Origin: a virus
Taxonomy: Duplodnaviria; Caudoviricetes
Length of the DNA: 31,229 nucleotides
Reading direction: 5' to 3' (one strand)
Virus record (IMG/VR): IMGVR_UViG_3300017716_002651
Location: 1 to 31,229 of that record
The stretch's first letter is position 1. Each line of letters begins with the position of its first letter. Under the pieces are notes generated by a model. It was not told the origin of the DNA. It searched no databases and saw only the letters and a program-made list of their open reading frames with translations. Below, in pieces: positions 1 through 8,915 of this stretch. Made by a program: the position numbers and the translations under genes.

Positions 1-18
1 AACCCCTCGGATGCTAGG

Positions 19-408
19 TTGCTAAACAAAATGGTTGATATGGTAGATAAGAGCCCAATCGAACAATGGATTGAGGAAAAATCCAATAAAGAAACTAAAA
101 TATTAAGGGCTGCCTATATTACATGCGTACAGTCAGTTTTAAGGTATCTAGGACTACAAGACCAACCTGACCCTAAGAAGTGGGTAATAGAAGCTAAACT
201 AGCTATGGCTAAAATTGAAGCCTTTAAAGCAATAGAAGATTGCAAAGAAGCTCACTCAAAAGTTAGGTGGAACGGGCCATCAGAAGTTGAGCAACTACAA
301 GCCGAAAACGAGCAATACAAAAAAGCAATCGCAGAGCAGGCTATTGATTATCAAAAAACAATCGATAAATTAGATGCTGAAATTCAAAGGTTGAAAGAAC
401 TTGGTTGA
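19..408 (+). CDS. Hypothetical protein with C-terminal coiled coil (5' end uncertain)
   Basis: 129-aa ORF at the window edge; heptad-like C-terminus EQLQAENEQYKKAI...LDAEIQRLKEL. Confidence 0.6.
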   Translation: MLNKMVDMVDKSPIEQWIEEKSNKETKILRAAYITCVQSVLRYLGLQDQPDPKKWVIEAKLAMAKIEAFKAIEDCKEAHSKVRWNGPSEVEQLQAENEQYKKAIAEQAIDYQKTIDKLDAEIQRLKELG

Positions 409-457
409 AAACTTGTTTTTTCATTATTTTAATTTTAAATAATATTTGTAAAGTAAT

Positions 458-564
458 AGTCAGGTGGCGGAATGGTAGACGCATTGAGGAATCTAAACTT
501 GATAACATTTGTTAGATTTAATAATAATCCTCCTTCCTTACAGGTTCGAGCCCTGTCCTGACTA
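458..564 (+). ncRNA. tRNA-like element 1 (Leu-type D-arm, no canonical anticodon arm)
   Basis: Acceptor AGTCAGG/CCTGACT+A, D-arm TGGCGGAATGGTAGACGC, T-arm ACAGG-TTCGAGC-CCTGT; anticodon and variable region replaced by ~57 nt with GAGGA/TCCTC and ATCTAA/TTAGAT pairing. Confidence 0.75.
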
Positions 565-634
565 CTGACAATAAGAACTCTGGGGTAAGGGTTTTGTTGC
601 GCCGAAAGGTGGTGTTTTCAACGGTTCGAGTCCG

Positions 635-732
635 AGTCAGGTGGCGCAATTGGTAGACGCTCATAAAAGGTGAATTAGGCATTACATTGATAAAATAAGT
701 CCTAAATACAGGTTCGATTCCTGTCCTGACTA
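635..732 (+). ncRNA. tRNA-like element 2 (same acceptor and T stems as element 1, unrelated middle)
   Basis: AGTCAGG-TGGCGCAATTGGTAGACGC...ACAGG-TTCGATT-CCTGT-CCTGACT-A; middle has a TTAGG/CCTAA stem but no 5-bp stem with 7-nt loop. Confidence 0.75.
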
Positions 733-745
733 CAAAAATAAAATT

Positions 746-814
746 ATGAAAGTAACATTTGAAGGAAAAACAGAGCTTGGTAAAGATGAGTGGCTTACTC
801 CCCTACATAAATAA
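746..814 (+). pseudogene. Possible N-terminal remnant of a phage N6-adenine (Dam-like) methyltransferase
   Basis: MKVTFEGKTELGKDEWLTPLHK*; DEWxTP resembles the N-terminal motif of phage Dam-family MTases; stops where the G-poor block begins. Confidence 0.35.
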
Positions 815-892
815 TCGGTTTAACAGGTATCGCTGAAACAGGCTTAACAACACCATAAGTGTTCAACCACTCATCCTCAAAATTTATCATAA

Positions 893-1297
893 TCATTTCT
901 TTAATTTATACCTATACCATGTCATCCTACTTATCCCCAATTCCCTACAAACCTTTGCAACACTCACACCCAACAATACCATCTCATCTCCCCTACCAAA
1001 ATCTATTTCCCTACTCGGCCTTCCTACAACAGAATCAGACAAACCACTCTCAACAACTACTTCCTTAGAGCCTACATCAACAACAGGATCTTTAACAGCC
1101 AAACCACCACCATAAAGCCTTCCCCACTCCCCATCAACATCTATCCCATCAGGAAATGGCCACGCCATCAAACCAGATGTACCCACATATCGCTTATACG
1201 TTTTCCTATCCTCACCCAACAACCACTCCCACTTCCCTATTGTCTTTACTAATTTCATACCCACAAATATAATACTTTTGTTACACTTCTGTATCAT
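893..1297 (-). CDS. Hypothetical protein with C-terminal Hin/resolvase-type HTH
   Basis: C-terminus GVSVAKVCRELGISRMTWYRY; true start probably the MKLVK ATG near 1258. Confidence 0.6.
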   Translation of the reverse strand: MIQKCNKSIIFVGMKLVKTIGKWEWLLGEDRKTYKRYVGTSGLMAWPFPDGIDVDGEWGRLYGGGLAVKDPVVDVGSKEVVVESGLSDSVVGRPSREIDFGRGDEMVLLGVSVAKVCRELGISRMTWYRYKLKK

Positions 1298-1349
1298 TAT
1301 TCCAATAAAAAGTACCTTATAATATAATTTTGTTACACTTCTGTATCAT
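1277..1349. repeat. 22-bp direct repeat, candidate operator pair
   Basis: TTTTGTTACACTTCTGTATCAT at 1277-1298 and 1328-1349, at or upstream of the start of the minus-strand HTH gene. Confidence 0.8.
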
Positions 1350-1458
1350 ATATACCCCACAAAAAATTCCGTAAGTGTTAAGGTTTGATATAACCGCCCC
1401 CTTCTAGGAACTTTGCCCGACATTAGAAACAAGTACCCCCTCATTCCAGTGTGCCGCC

Positions 1459-1489
1459 TTGTTTTTTTCAAATCATTTGCCTATATTTG
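1459..1489 (+). promoter_or_regulatory. Bacteroidota-type promoter
   Basis: TTG-N20-TATATTTG. Confidence 0.5.
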
Positions 1490-1709
1490 CATAACTAATT
1501 AATTATCAAATGAATATAGAAACTAAAACCCATGTTAGGTATGTAATACGTCCGTTTCACATACTTAAATATGTTCCTTTGGCAGCCTTTACTACCTCAA
1601 AAGACTTTAATTTTTAGACGATCCTAAAAAATATTTTAGTTTCCCTGTAAAAGTGAACAATTACAAGCCTAAATAATCATTTTCACCCATCTAAATTGTA
1701 GTAGGTAAT

Positions 1710-2051
1710 ATGAACCACACTTTTAAGAGTTATATTTTTGATGAAACATTGACAAATGACAGCGATTTAATATTGTTTAAGGCATTTTTAGACGATTTGT
1801 GTAGTACTTTATCAATTAGCAAATATAGGATGTTAAAAGAGGCTAATTTACCAAGTTATTACTATCAAGATTTAAAGAGGTGCATTAATCATACAACAAA
1901 CTATCGAAAGACTATTAAATTAAGTTTAATCCTTCATATTGGTAATGTATGGCAGTTTCATTTTAATGCTTATAAATACATTCATTTGTTAGAGCCAAAG
2001 TCTTTGGATGTTTCAGCGAATACCATTGAATCAAATATCAATAAACCTTAA
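1710..2051 (+). CDS. Hypothetical protein, possible HTH
   Basis: 113-aa ORF; ISKYRMLKEANLP segment is weakly XRE-like. Confidence 0.5.
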   Translation: MNHTFKSYIFDETLTNDSDLILFKAFLDDLCSTLSISKYRMLKEANLPSYYYQDLKRCINHTTNYRKTIKLSLILHIGNVWQFHFNAYKYIHLLEPKSLDVSANTIESNINKP

Positions 2052-2172
2052 TTAAGCATTTTACACTGGTATTTTTTTAGTCAATTCCTGGTTTATTTTA
2101 TACTATTAAATCATTTTTTAAAAATTATTATCTTTGAATATCAATTGTTTATATAGATATTTAAAATATTTC

Positions 2173-2204
2173 TTGCTTTATATATTGTAATAGATTTACA
2201 TTTG
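2173..2204 (+). promoter_or_regulatory. Bacteroidota-type early promoter
   Basis: TTG-N21-TACATTTG preceded by very AT-rich DNA, heading the early-gene run. Confidence 0.65.
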
Positions 2205-2244
2205 TACTCAGATAACAGCAACACACACTTAAAGACTTTTAGTT

Positions 2245-2451
2245 ATGAGAGTAGCAACACACACAACAGAAGAAAGGATTTTAATAGGTAGATTAACCGA
2301 ACAAAGACAATTGTTTTTGTGGGCTATTGTAGAAGATTATAATAAGTGCTATGAAGATTCTTTTTGCGTTCTGTACTCTTTGCCAGTTTTAGGCACTGAA
2401 TTAACTTGGTTTAGGTTTCAATATTTCACTAAAATATCTAAATCATGTTAA
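2245..2451 (+). CDS. Hypothetical early protein
   Basis: First ORF after the promoter. Confidence 0.5.
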   Translation: MRVATHTTEERILIGRLTEQRQLFLWAIVEDYNKCYEDSFCVLYSLPVLGTELTWFRFQYFTKISKSC

Positions 2452-2549
2452 ACATATTTTTATCAATCTTATTAGGGTTGGCAGTTGTTAACCTTATAAA
2501 CGAAATTAAAAAACACTTTTAAATTAAACACAATAAACACATAAAAATT

Positions 2550-2921
2550 ATGAAATCATTTAAAATTAATTCATTAAATGCACCATCATTTATTAAACAT
2601 TTAGATGTAATTAGCAAATTATCAGGTTCAAATTATCCTTATCCGTTTGATATTGTAAACGAATTAAGAAACCTTGAAATAAGGGCAAACAGAATTTGCG
2701 CCCACGATTGTAACGGCACAATTAATTCAGATTTGGCAAGTAAGCAATTACAAAAAATTAAAGATAAAGTAGTTCAATTATTGCCAAATTTACCTGAAAA
2801 TAGCTTTTTTATTAATGGGGATCCAAGGGGCTACACTCTAAAATTAAAGGAAGATTCTGCCAAAAAATTAGGTATTTATACAGATATGGGAGGATATGGT
2901 ATTTTAAGCCCTGATTTTTAA
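2550..2921 (+). CDS. Phage hypothetical early protein
   Basis: 123 aa, A-rich leader, motif FINGDPRGY...DMGGYGILSPDF. Confidence 0.7.
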   Translation: MKSFKINSLNAPSFIKHLDVISKLSGSNYPYPFDIVNELRNLEIRANRICAHDCNGTINSDLASKQLQKIKDKVVQLLPNLPENSFFINGDPRGYTLKLKEDSAKKLGIYTDMGGYGILSPDF

Positions 2922-3007
2922 ATATGTGTTTCGGTTGCAAGTCCGTAAAATTGTGAGCATAGCCTGTAAAAAGGCTATAAACAAACAACACATAAAAAAA
3001 CATTAAC

Positions 3008-3508
3008 ATGAAAAACACAAATTTTGACGTGACTATTAGTTACATGAATGAGGATTTCACTATTAGTTTATCTTCAGACAATTGCACAAATGAAAGCCTA
3101 TTGAAACAATTACAAGAGTTGAAACAAGAAAGATTTGAACAAGAAAGTGGAGAAGATTTTGAAGGAGAATTTGAAGAGGATTTTGAAATTACAGATTGGC
3201 AAGATATTCCAGTTTGGTGTCAAGATTTAGAAATATTAGCAGATTTATTTGATAATTCAGATGATTATTATGAAATAGAAATTTATGAGGCTGCATATTC
3301 ATTAGATATTCCTTTTTCAGATGTTGCAGAGGCTTATTCAGGTGAATTTAACAGCGATGAGGATTTTGCGGAAAATTTAGCTAATGAGTTAGGCTTATTG
3401 CAATATTCCAAAAATTGGCCTTATACCTGCATAGACTGGGAACAAGCTGCAAATGAGTTAATGTATGATTATTGCACCGAAAACAATTACTATTTTAGAA
3501 ATTTATAA
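3008..3508 (+). CDS. ardA: ArdA-family antirestriction protein (acidic DNA mimic)
   Basis: Very D/E-rich; C-terminal YSGEFNSDEDFAE...WPYTCIDWEQAANELMYDY...YYFR matches the ArdA C-terminal pattern. Confidence 0.8.
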   Translation: MKNTNFDVTISYMNEDFTISLSSDNCTNESLLKQLQELKQERFEQESGEDFEGEFEEDFEITDWQDIPVWCQDLEILADLFDNSDDYYEIEIYEAAYSLDIPFSDVAEAYSGEFNSDEDFAENLANELGLLQYSKNWPYTCIDWEQAANELMYDYCTENNYYFRNL

Positions 3509-3519
3509 AAATACTTTGT

Positions 3520-3563
3520 GTGTGTTTTGCCCTGACTTAAATATTAAGAAGGGGCAAACATAC
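3520..3563 (+). terminator. Intergenic hairpin (terminator or processing site)
   Basis: GTGTGTTTTGCCC...GGGCAAACATAC inverted repeat; followed by an A-run rather than a T-run. Confidence 0.4.
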
Positions 3564-3591
3564 CAAAAAATTAAAACCACAACACAACACA

Positions 3592-4218
3592 ATGAAAACT
3601 TTAGAAATACAAATTTTTTCTTTTGAAGAGTTAAAAGAAGAAAGCAAAAAAACTGCAATTGCAAACTACCAACCAATTACTGATTTTATTTGGGAAGATG
3701 CAAAAAATACAATTATTGCAGCTTGTGAATTTTTAGGTATCAAAACAGGTAGAAATAGTTTTTTTGATCCATACCTGGACAATATAGACGATAATATTAT
3801 GCAATTATCAGGATTAAGATTAAGAAAGTACTTCCTAAATAATTTTGAGTTATACAAAGGCAAATATTACAATGTAAAAGCAAATAAGCCAATTAAGCAT
3901 AAAAGAATCGTGAATTTAGGGCCTTATAAATCTGGTAACTATTTTGTAGGCTATTACAGCGCAATTCAAAAAGAACATAGTTGTATTTTAACAGGTATGT
4001 GTTACGATGATGACTTTTTAAAACCAATTTACGATTTAATTGAATTTAAAAATCCATTGTTAAAAAATGTAACTTTTGAGGATGTTATAAATGACTGTTT
4101 CCATAATCTTAAAAAGGTTTTGGAATCTGAAGAGGATTATTATAATTCAATTGAAGGAAGAACTGAAGAAATAGAAGCCAAGGAATTGGAATTTTTAGAA
4201 GATGAATCTATTTATTAA
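3592..4218 (+). CDS. Phage hypothetical early protein
   Basis: 208-aa ORF, FSFEEL...AI and LTGMCYDDDFL motifs. Confidence 0.75.
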   Translation: MKTLEIQIFSFEELKEESKKTAIANYQPITDFIWEDAKNTIIAACEFLGIKTGRNSFFDPYLDNIDDNIMQLSGLRLRKYFLNNFELYKGKYYNVKANKPIKHKRIVNLGPYKSGNYFVGYYSAIQKEHSCILTGMCYDDDFLKPIYDLIEFKNPLLKNVTFEDVINDCFHNLKKVLESEEDYYNSIEGRTEEIEAKELEFLEDESIY

Positions 4219-4236
4219 CCATTAAAAATAAATATT

Positions 4237-4461
4237 ATGGAATCATTTATATTGAAAGAATCAGTTTTAAACGATGATATATTAATGTTGTCAGATAAAA
4301 ACAAAGTTTTTAAAGGTGGATTTGTTGCTATTGTTAAATACTATAAATTTCAAAACTCATGGTGTAATAGCGAACATATTAAGAAATTTAGAAATATTAA
4401 ACGGCTAAAAGATTTTTTAAATAAAAATTATAGTGACTTCGATTTAATTGGAGAGTGTTAA
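4237..4461 (+). CDS. Hypothetical protein
   Basis: ORF in co-oriented run with A-rich leader. Confidence 0.6.
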   Translation: MESFILKESVLNDDILMLSDKNKVFKGGFVAIVKYYKFQNSWCNSEHIKKFRNIKRLKDFLNKNYSDFDLIGEC

Positions 4462-4562
4462 ACATTATGGAAGAAAATTACTTCGGTGAAAATTGCACTG
4501 AAACAATCGAAGAAAATTGTGGAAATGAAGCATTTTATTAACCATCATTAAAAAATAACATT

Positions 4563-4916
4563 ATGAAAATCGTAAAACAAAAGGATAAATTGAACCAGTA
4601 TAATATTGAAAATTTAACCCTAGCAAGGTTGCTGCAAATAAATTTAAGCCTGGAATATACTAAAAAGCATGGTTTGTTAACCTTTGCAGGAAACCGGCTT
4701 TTAGAATCCCTAAATAATCAAATAAAATCAAAGTCATATCTTAAGCCTGAAAAGGTGAAAGATTACCTCTGCCAATGTAATAACTGTGGAACTATTTGTA
4801 TAGATACAAACCCACAAACAACGGCAAAAAAGAAAGTAATTACAGGGGATGAACCTAAATTATTTGATAATTCCTGCCCTATCTGCTTAACTGATTCTTA
4901 TTTAACTGATTTATAG
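4563..4916 (+). CDS. Hypothetical protein with C-terminal zinc ribbon
   Basis: CNNCG...CPIC. Confidence 0.65.
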   Translation: MKIVKQKDKLNQYNIENLTLARLLQINLSLEYTKKHGLLTFAGNRLLESLNNQIKSKSYLKPEKVKDYLCQCNNCGTICIDTNPQTTAKKKVITGDEPKLFDNSCPICLTDSYLTDL

Positions 4917-4918
4917 TT

Positions 4919-5128
4919 ATGAACATTGACCAAAAAATCAATTACAGGGCAAACGCCTATTTTCACCTAACATGGGCGCAATTTTCCCAACTGGTTAAAT
5001 TAAAAAAACTTGTTTTAGCTCCTTATTACCATCAAAGGCTAATAGAACAAGGTAGAATAGTAAAACAAAACGAAGATTTTAAAGCCACATTTGGCAAATC
5101 CAAGTTTGAATACGAAAATAATATTTAA
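4919..5128 (+). CDS. Hypothetical protein
   Basis: Tightly packed ORF. Confidence 0.55.
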   Translation: MNIDQKINYRANAYFHLTWAQFSQLVKLKKLVLAPYYHQRLIEQGRIVKQNEDFKATFGKSKFEYENNI

Positions 5129-5138
5129 TAAATCCATT

Positions 5139-5498
5139 ATGAATATAACAAAATATAAAAACGATAAAAATTTGTTTTTGAATCGTTTAAAAGAAAGGTT
5201 ATCAGATTTTAACCAAAGGGAAAGGATAGTAATAAATATGCCTTTTGGATGTAACCTTAACAGGTTAGAAATATATTGCAGCGAAACTGCACCCAATGAA
5301 AACACAGGTTTTTTTGGTGAAAAATTTAGAGGGATAGTAACTCTTCAAACATTTACAGACTATACAAATAAAGCTGCAAATAAAACATCCTATTCATACG
5401 AAACTGAACTTTTGAAATACCTACCAGAATTAGTTAATAAAATATTTATTGTAGCTTTTAACGAACAAGCAAACATCCATGCAAGTAAAACCATTTAA
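5139..5498 (+). CDS. Hypothetical protein
   Basis: ORF track gives 5091; the MNITK ATG at 5139 avoids overlap. Confidence 0.6.
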   Translation: MNITKYKNDKNLFLNRLKERLSDFNQRERIVINMPFGCNLNRLEIYCSETAPNENTGFFGEKFRGIVTLQTFTDYTNKAANKTSYSYETELLKYLPELVNKIFIVAFNEQANIHASKTI

Positions 5499-5591
5499 AC
5501 CACTAGGCAATAGAGTTAAGCCTGGCAAAGTTCTAAAACCAAAAACCAAAATTCAAAAAATTGACAAACTTATTAAATTACTTTTTAAAAA

Positions 5592-5789
5592 ATGAAAAAT
5601 CAAACTGAATCAATCGCAATTTCTCAAAAAAACCCTAATGTTTTTTACCTAATCACTTTTGCAGATGATGGCAATAAAATTAAAGCTGTCAGAGAATGTG
5701 AATCACTAGCAAAAGCGAATTTTTTCGCATCACAAAAACCAAAATCTAATAATTGGATTTTAAACAACGGAGTTTTAAACCCTGCATAA
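5592..5789 (+). CDS. Hypothetical protein
   Basis: 65 aa, A-rich leader. Confidence 0.55.
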   Translation: MKNQTESIAISQKNPNVFYLITFADDGNKIKAVRECESLAKANFFASQKPKSNNWILNNGVLNPA

Positions 5790-5799
5790 CTTAAAAAAA

Positions 5800-6309
5800 A
5801 TGAACACAGAAAAAACAATCGTTTGTTTCCACGTTGGACGTGGTGGCAGATTCCACAACTCAGGTCACAAAACCTATTTAAGCTACACAAAGCCTGAAAA
5901 ATTGGTTGAAGATGATTCAAACCACTGGTTTTTTATCAACCCTGAAAATTATCACGAAGTTAAAAATAAGCTAGGTGATAGGCCTAATTTACTCGAAAAA
6001 TTCGACCAATGTATAAATGATAATGACTACACTTTTTTTGAAAATCTTGGCTTCGATATGGGTGAGGATTATTATTTTAATGGTTCTGGAAATGCTCTGG
6101 TAAGTGTTGAAGAAGTTGAAAGCGGCATTTTTTGCATAAACCATGATGGAGATTATGATACAGATTATTCCTGCTATTTAGATGACTGTGATGAGCATGA
6201 ATTACAACTTATAGTTGATGATGGCAGGGACAATGTAGAAGAAGCTAGGCAGCTCCTAATTGATAATTTCGATAGAACTGATTTAATTTTAGAAGAAAAG
6301 GAGAATTAG
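5800..6309 (+). CDS. Acidic hypothetical protein
   Basis: 169 aa, FHVGRGGRFHNSGH motif, D/E-rich C-terminal half. Confidence 0.7.
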   Translation: MNTEKTIVCFHVGRGGRFHNSGHKTYLSYTKPEKLVEDDSNHWFFINPENYHEVKNKLGDRPNLLEKFDQCINDNDYTFFENLGFDMGEDYYFNGSGNALVSVEEVESGIFCINHDGDYDTDYSCYLDDCDEHELQLIVDDGRDNVEEARQLLIDNFDRTDLILEEKEN

Positions 6310-6311
6310 AC

Positions 6312-6530
6312 ATGAAAGAGATAAGAGAATTAGAAGCTCTACAAAATGCTGCAAATGATTTAGGCATTGAAATTTATAGTAAAAACCAGGAAGATAAACG
6401 TAAAACTGTAAAACTTTACTTTGCCCATAGTAACGGATCAACTGTTAGTCCTGTTTTGGATTATGAGAACATGAACCATTTTTTATTAGGCTGGAGAAAC
6501 TGCCTAAAAACTTACGAAAAAGAATCATAA
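6312..6530 (+). CDS. Hypothetical protein
   Basis: Tightly packed ORF. Confidence 0.6.
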   Translation: MKEIRELEALQNAANDLGIEIYSKNQEDKRKTVKLYFAHSNGSTVSPVLDYENMNHFLLGWRNCLKTYEKES

Positions 6531-6556
6531 ATTTTTAACATCAATCAAATAAACAC

Positions 6557-6955
6557 ATGAAAAACAATACTAGAAAAGTACAGATTAAACCGGCAGGTTC
6601 AAAATTCATCCTCTGGTGCTTAAAATTTGATAGCAATTTTCAAACAGAAAAATTCAACTCAGAAGTTGAGGCAAAGGATTTTATTAAGAAAAATAAAATG
6701 ATATTAGTTCCAAACGATCCACCTACAAAAGTTAAATTCCTAATTGAACACGATGAAAGTGGGGATGTTTTTGCTTTTTTCCCTTATGTAATTGCAGATA
6801 ATAATGGTAATAAAATGAGTTACAGCCATATTGGCCAGCATTCTGCTTGTCATCCTGATTATGCCATCAAATGTAAAACAGCTCCTAAAGAAGATTACCA
6901 GCCACTTTTGAGAGAATTAGAATCAATTGGCTATACACTGGAGGTTATTAAATAA
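6557..6955 (+). CDS. Phage hypothetical protein
   Basis: VFAFFP...SYSHIGQHSAC...YQPLLRELESIGY motif. Confidence 0.7.
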   Translation: MKNNTRKVQIKPAGSKFILWCLKFDSNFQTEKFNSEVEAKDFIKKNKMILVPNDPPTKVKFLIEHDESGDVFAFFPYVIADNNGNKMSYSHIGQHSACHPDYAIKCKTAPKEDYQPLLRELESIGYTLEVIK

Positions 6956-6977
6956 AAAACGCTATAACTAAAAAGTA

Positions 6978-7221
6978 ATGGAAGTTTGGAAAGAAATTCC
7001 TGGTTACAAAGGTTATGAAGTATCTAGTTTTGGAAATGTTAAGTCAATAAGATTTAATAAACAACGTATTTTAAAAGCTGGTAAAAATACTGATGGTTAT
7101 TTGCTATAAAAATAAATGGTTAGCAAGATATAAAGGTAAATATGTTGGTATATTCAATACAGAACTCGAAGCCAACGAAGCCGTTCAAAACTACATTTTA
7201 AACTTAAAAACACAAATATGA
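6978..7221 (+). pseudogene. Internally deleted NUMOD4-HNH-AP2 homing endonuclease
   Basis: MEVWKEIPGYKGYEVSSFGNVKS...TDGYLL* followed out of frame by NKWLARYKGKYVGIFNTELEANEAVQNYIL, matching the two ends of 14352..15008; HNH core absent. Confidence 0.85.
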
Positions 7222-7463
7222 AAAGACTAATTTTAACTGTATCAGTTTTATTGGGAATGAAACAAACTGATAAGACACCAACTAGAGTTGTATTCTTACC
7301 TGATGGTCGTAGAATTACTATCCCAATTCACCAAAACAAAATACAACTTGCATACTCTGTTATACCTGAAAAAGCAATGAGTTATTCAGACTGGTGGACT
7401 TATGTTAGGCAAAGAACAGAAATAGATCCTGAAGGCCTAACCATTACCAAATTCTATTTATAA
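7218..7463 (+). CDS. Hypothetical protein
   Basis: ATGA overlap with the pseudogene stop. Confidence 0.55.
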   Translation: MKRLILTVSVLLGMKQTDKTPTRVVFLPDGRRITIPIHQNKIQLAYSVIPEKAMSYSDWWTYVRQRTEIDPEGLTITKFYL

Positions 7464-7654
7464 CCTTTAAAAACCAAAATCATGTTAAAATTAATCTTCA
7501 AAACAATCGAAAACAGCCCTATTCTCATTGCTTTATGCACTCTAATTATTTGCATTGTAATTTACTATGTTATCATTGGAGTATTTTCTGCCCTTTCCTA
7601 TTATGAGGATTTAAACAACCCTGAGAACAAAGAATAACTTTATTTGAAATATCA

Positions 7655-7685
7655 TTTGTTTATATAAAAAATACGATTAAATTTG
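7655..7685 (+). promoter_or_regulatory. Bacteroidota-type promoter
   Basis: TTTG-N19-TAAATTTG. Confidence 0.7.
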
Positions 7686-7868
7686 TAGTCACAAAACACA
7701 TGAAAATACAATTAGACACACCAATTGAGGTAAATAAATCTCAATACGATTCTATCCAGCAACATTTACAGGGCTATTGTGCCTTCCAAATTAAAGATGG
7801 TAAGTATTTTGTTAAGGTATGGCATCCAAACGCTATTGAAAAAGTTAAAAATATAATTAAAGCATAAT

Positions 7869-8078
7869 ATGGCAAAAATAACACCAGAAATACAAGTTGT
7901 AGAATCTATTAAAGATGAAAAACAACAGAAAGAAAAGGCTTTAATTGCTAATGAAGGTAAGGTTAGGCAAAATAACAGAAAGAAAACCAAGGCAAGAAAC
8001 CACATTCAAGTAATTTGGTATCAAGATGGTTCAACCTTTCCACCTGTTTTAAGAAAAAAAATCATTAAACACATTTAA
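7869..8078 (+). CDS. Small basic hypothetical protein
   Basis: 69-aa K/R-rich ORF. Confidence 0.5.
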   Translation: MAKITPEIQVVESIKDEKQQKEKALIANEGKVRQNNRKKTKARNHIQVIWYQDGSTFPPVLRKKIIKHI

Positions 8079-8082
8079 AAAC

Positions 8083-8415
8083 ATGAAAAAACAAATAGAA
8101 TTCGACTTCGCTAAATGGGGTCAAAAAGGGATAAGTATTAAGTACAATAAAATACATGACGTTTCGGCTATAATGAAGTCATCTATTCAGTATTTATATG
8201 TTATAGAATATATAGGCTATTTCAGCTTAGGTAAAAAGAATTTAGCTTGCGCTGACAGATGCGACTTGGTTATGTATGAAGAAGTAAAGCCTAGAGAGTT
8301 TTGGGTGAATGTTTATGAAGATGGTTTTTCATTTTTATATGATAGGAAAGCCGAAGCTTACCTGTGTCTTGATATAGGTGGTAAAACTATTAAACTAGTG
8401 GAGGTAATAGAATGA
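8083..8415 (+). CDS. Hypothetical protein, paralog of 8520
   Basis: Shares MKKQIxFDFAKWGQxGIS and EEVKPREFW with 8520..8915. Confidence 0.7.
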   Translation: MKKQIEFDFAKWGQKGISIKYNKIHDVSAIMKSSIQYLYVIEYIGYFSLGKKNLACADRCDLVMYEEVKPREFWVNVYEDGFSFLYDRKAEAYLCLDIGGKTIKLVEVIE

Positions 8416-8519
8416 TAGTAACAGGAACGCAATGCCAGTTAATGGCACAATACTTACTGCAATTACATCCAAGCTAAATTCAAGATTCCATAACCAAAAC
8501 AGATTTAACTTTAATTAGA

Positions 8520-8915
8520 ATGAAAAAACAAATTGATTTCGACTTCGCTAAATGGGGTCAAGAGGGGATAAGTGTAGAATATAACAGGAAAACAATTTTA
8601 ACATTGCACATAAACCCCTTTAACAACGAATACTATTATGGAATAATAAATGAGAATTTGGCGTTTATTGCACCTGCTACACCCTTAACAATGTTTGAAG
8701 AAGTAAAACCTAGAGAGTTTTGGGCACAATACATCATTGCTGATTTAACCGACAAAGCAAATGAAGCAACAGAACTATTTGAGATTGAGGCTTTAAAATT
8801 AGAGGCTCAAAGATTAGGATTGGAGATTGACTTCGATTCTATCTGGGATGAATCAGTAAAACAATTTGTGCAATTGCAACGTGACCAATTATACTTTAAT
8901 ACCTTTGGCATATGA
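8520..8915 (+). CDS. Hypothetical protein, chimeric paralog of 8083
   Basis: Homologous up to EEVKPREFW, then an unrelated C-terminus. Confidence 0.7.
   Translation: MKKQIDFDFAKWGQEGISVEYNRKTILTLHINPFNNEYYYGIINENLAFIAPATPLTMFEEVKPREFWAQYIIADLTDKANEATELFEIEALKLEAQRLGLEIDFDSIWDESVKQFVQLQRDQLYFNTFGI

Noticed and set aside
458-732. Functional tRNA-Leu genes
   Set aside because: D-arms look Leu-like, but I could not fit a 5-bp stem with a 7-nt anticodon loop in either copy.
859-1068. Plus-strand 69-aa ORF
   Set aside because: Shadow of the minus-strand HTH gene; H/P/S/Q composition reflects the G-poor strand.
8083-8730. Diversity-generating retroelement template/variable pair
   Set aside because: The first few differences fall at A, but later ones do not, the middle is broadly diverged, and no reverse transcriptase is in the window.
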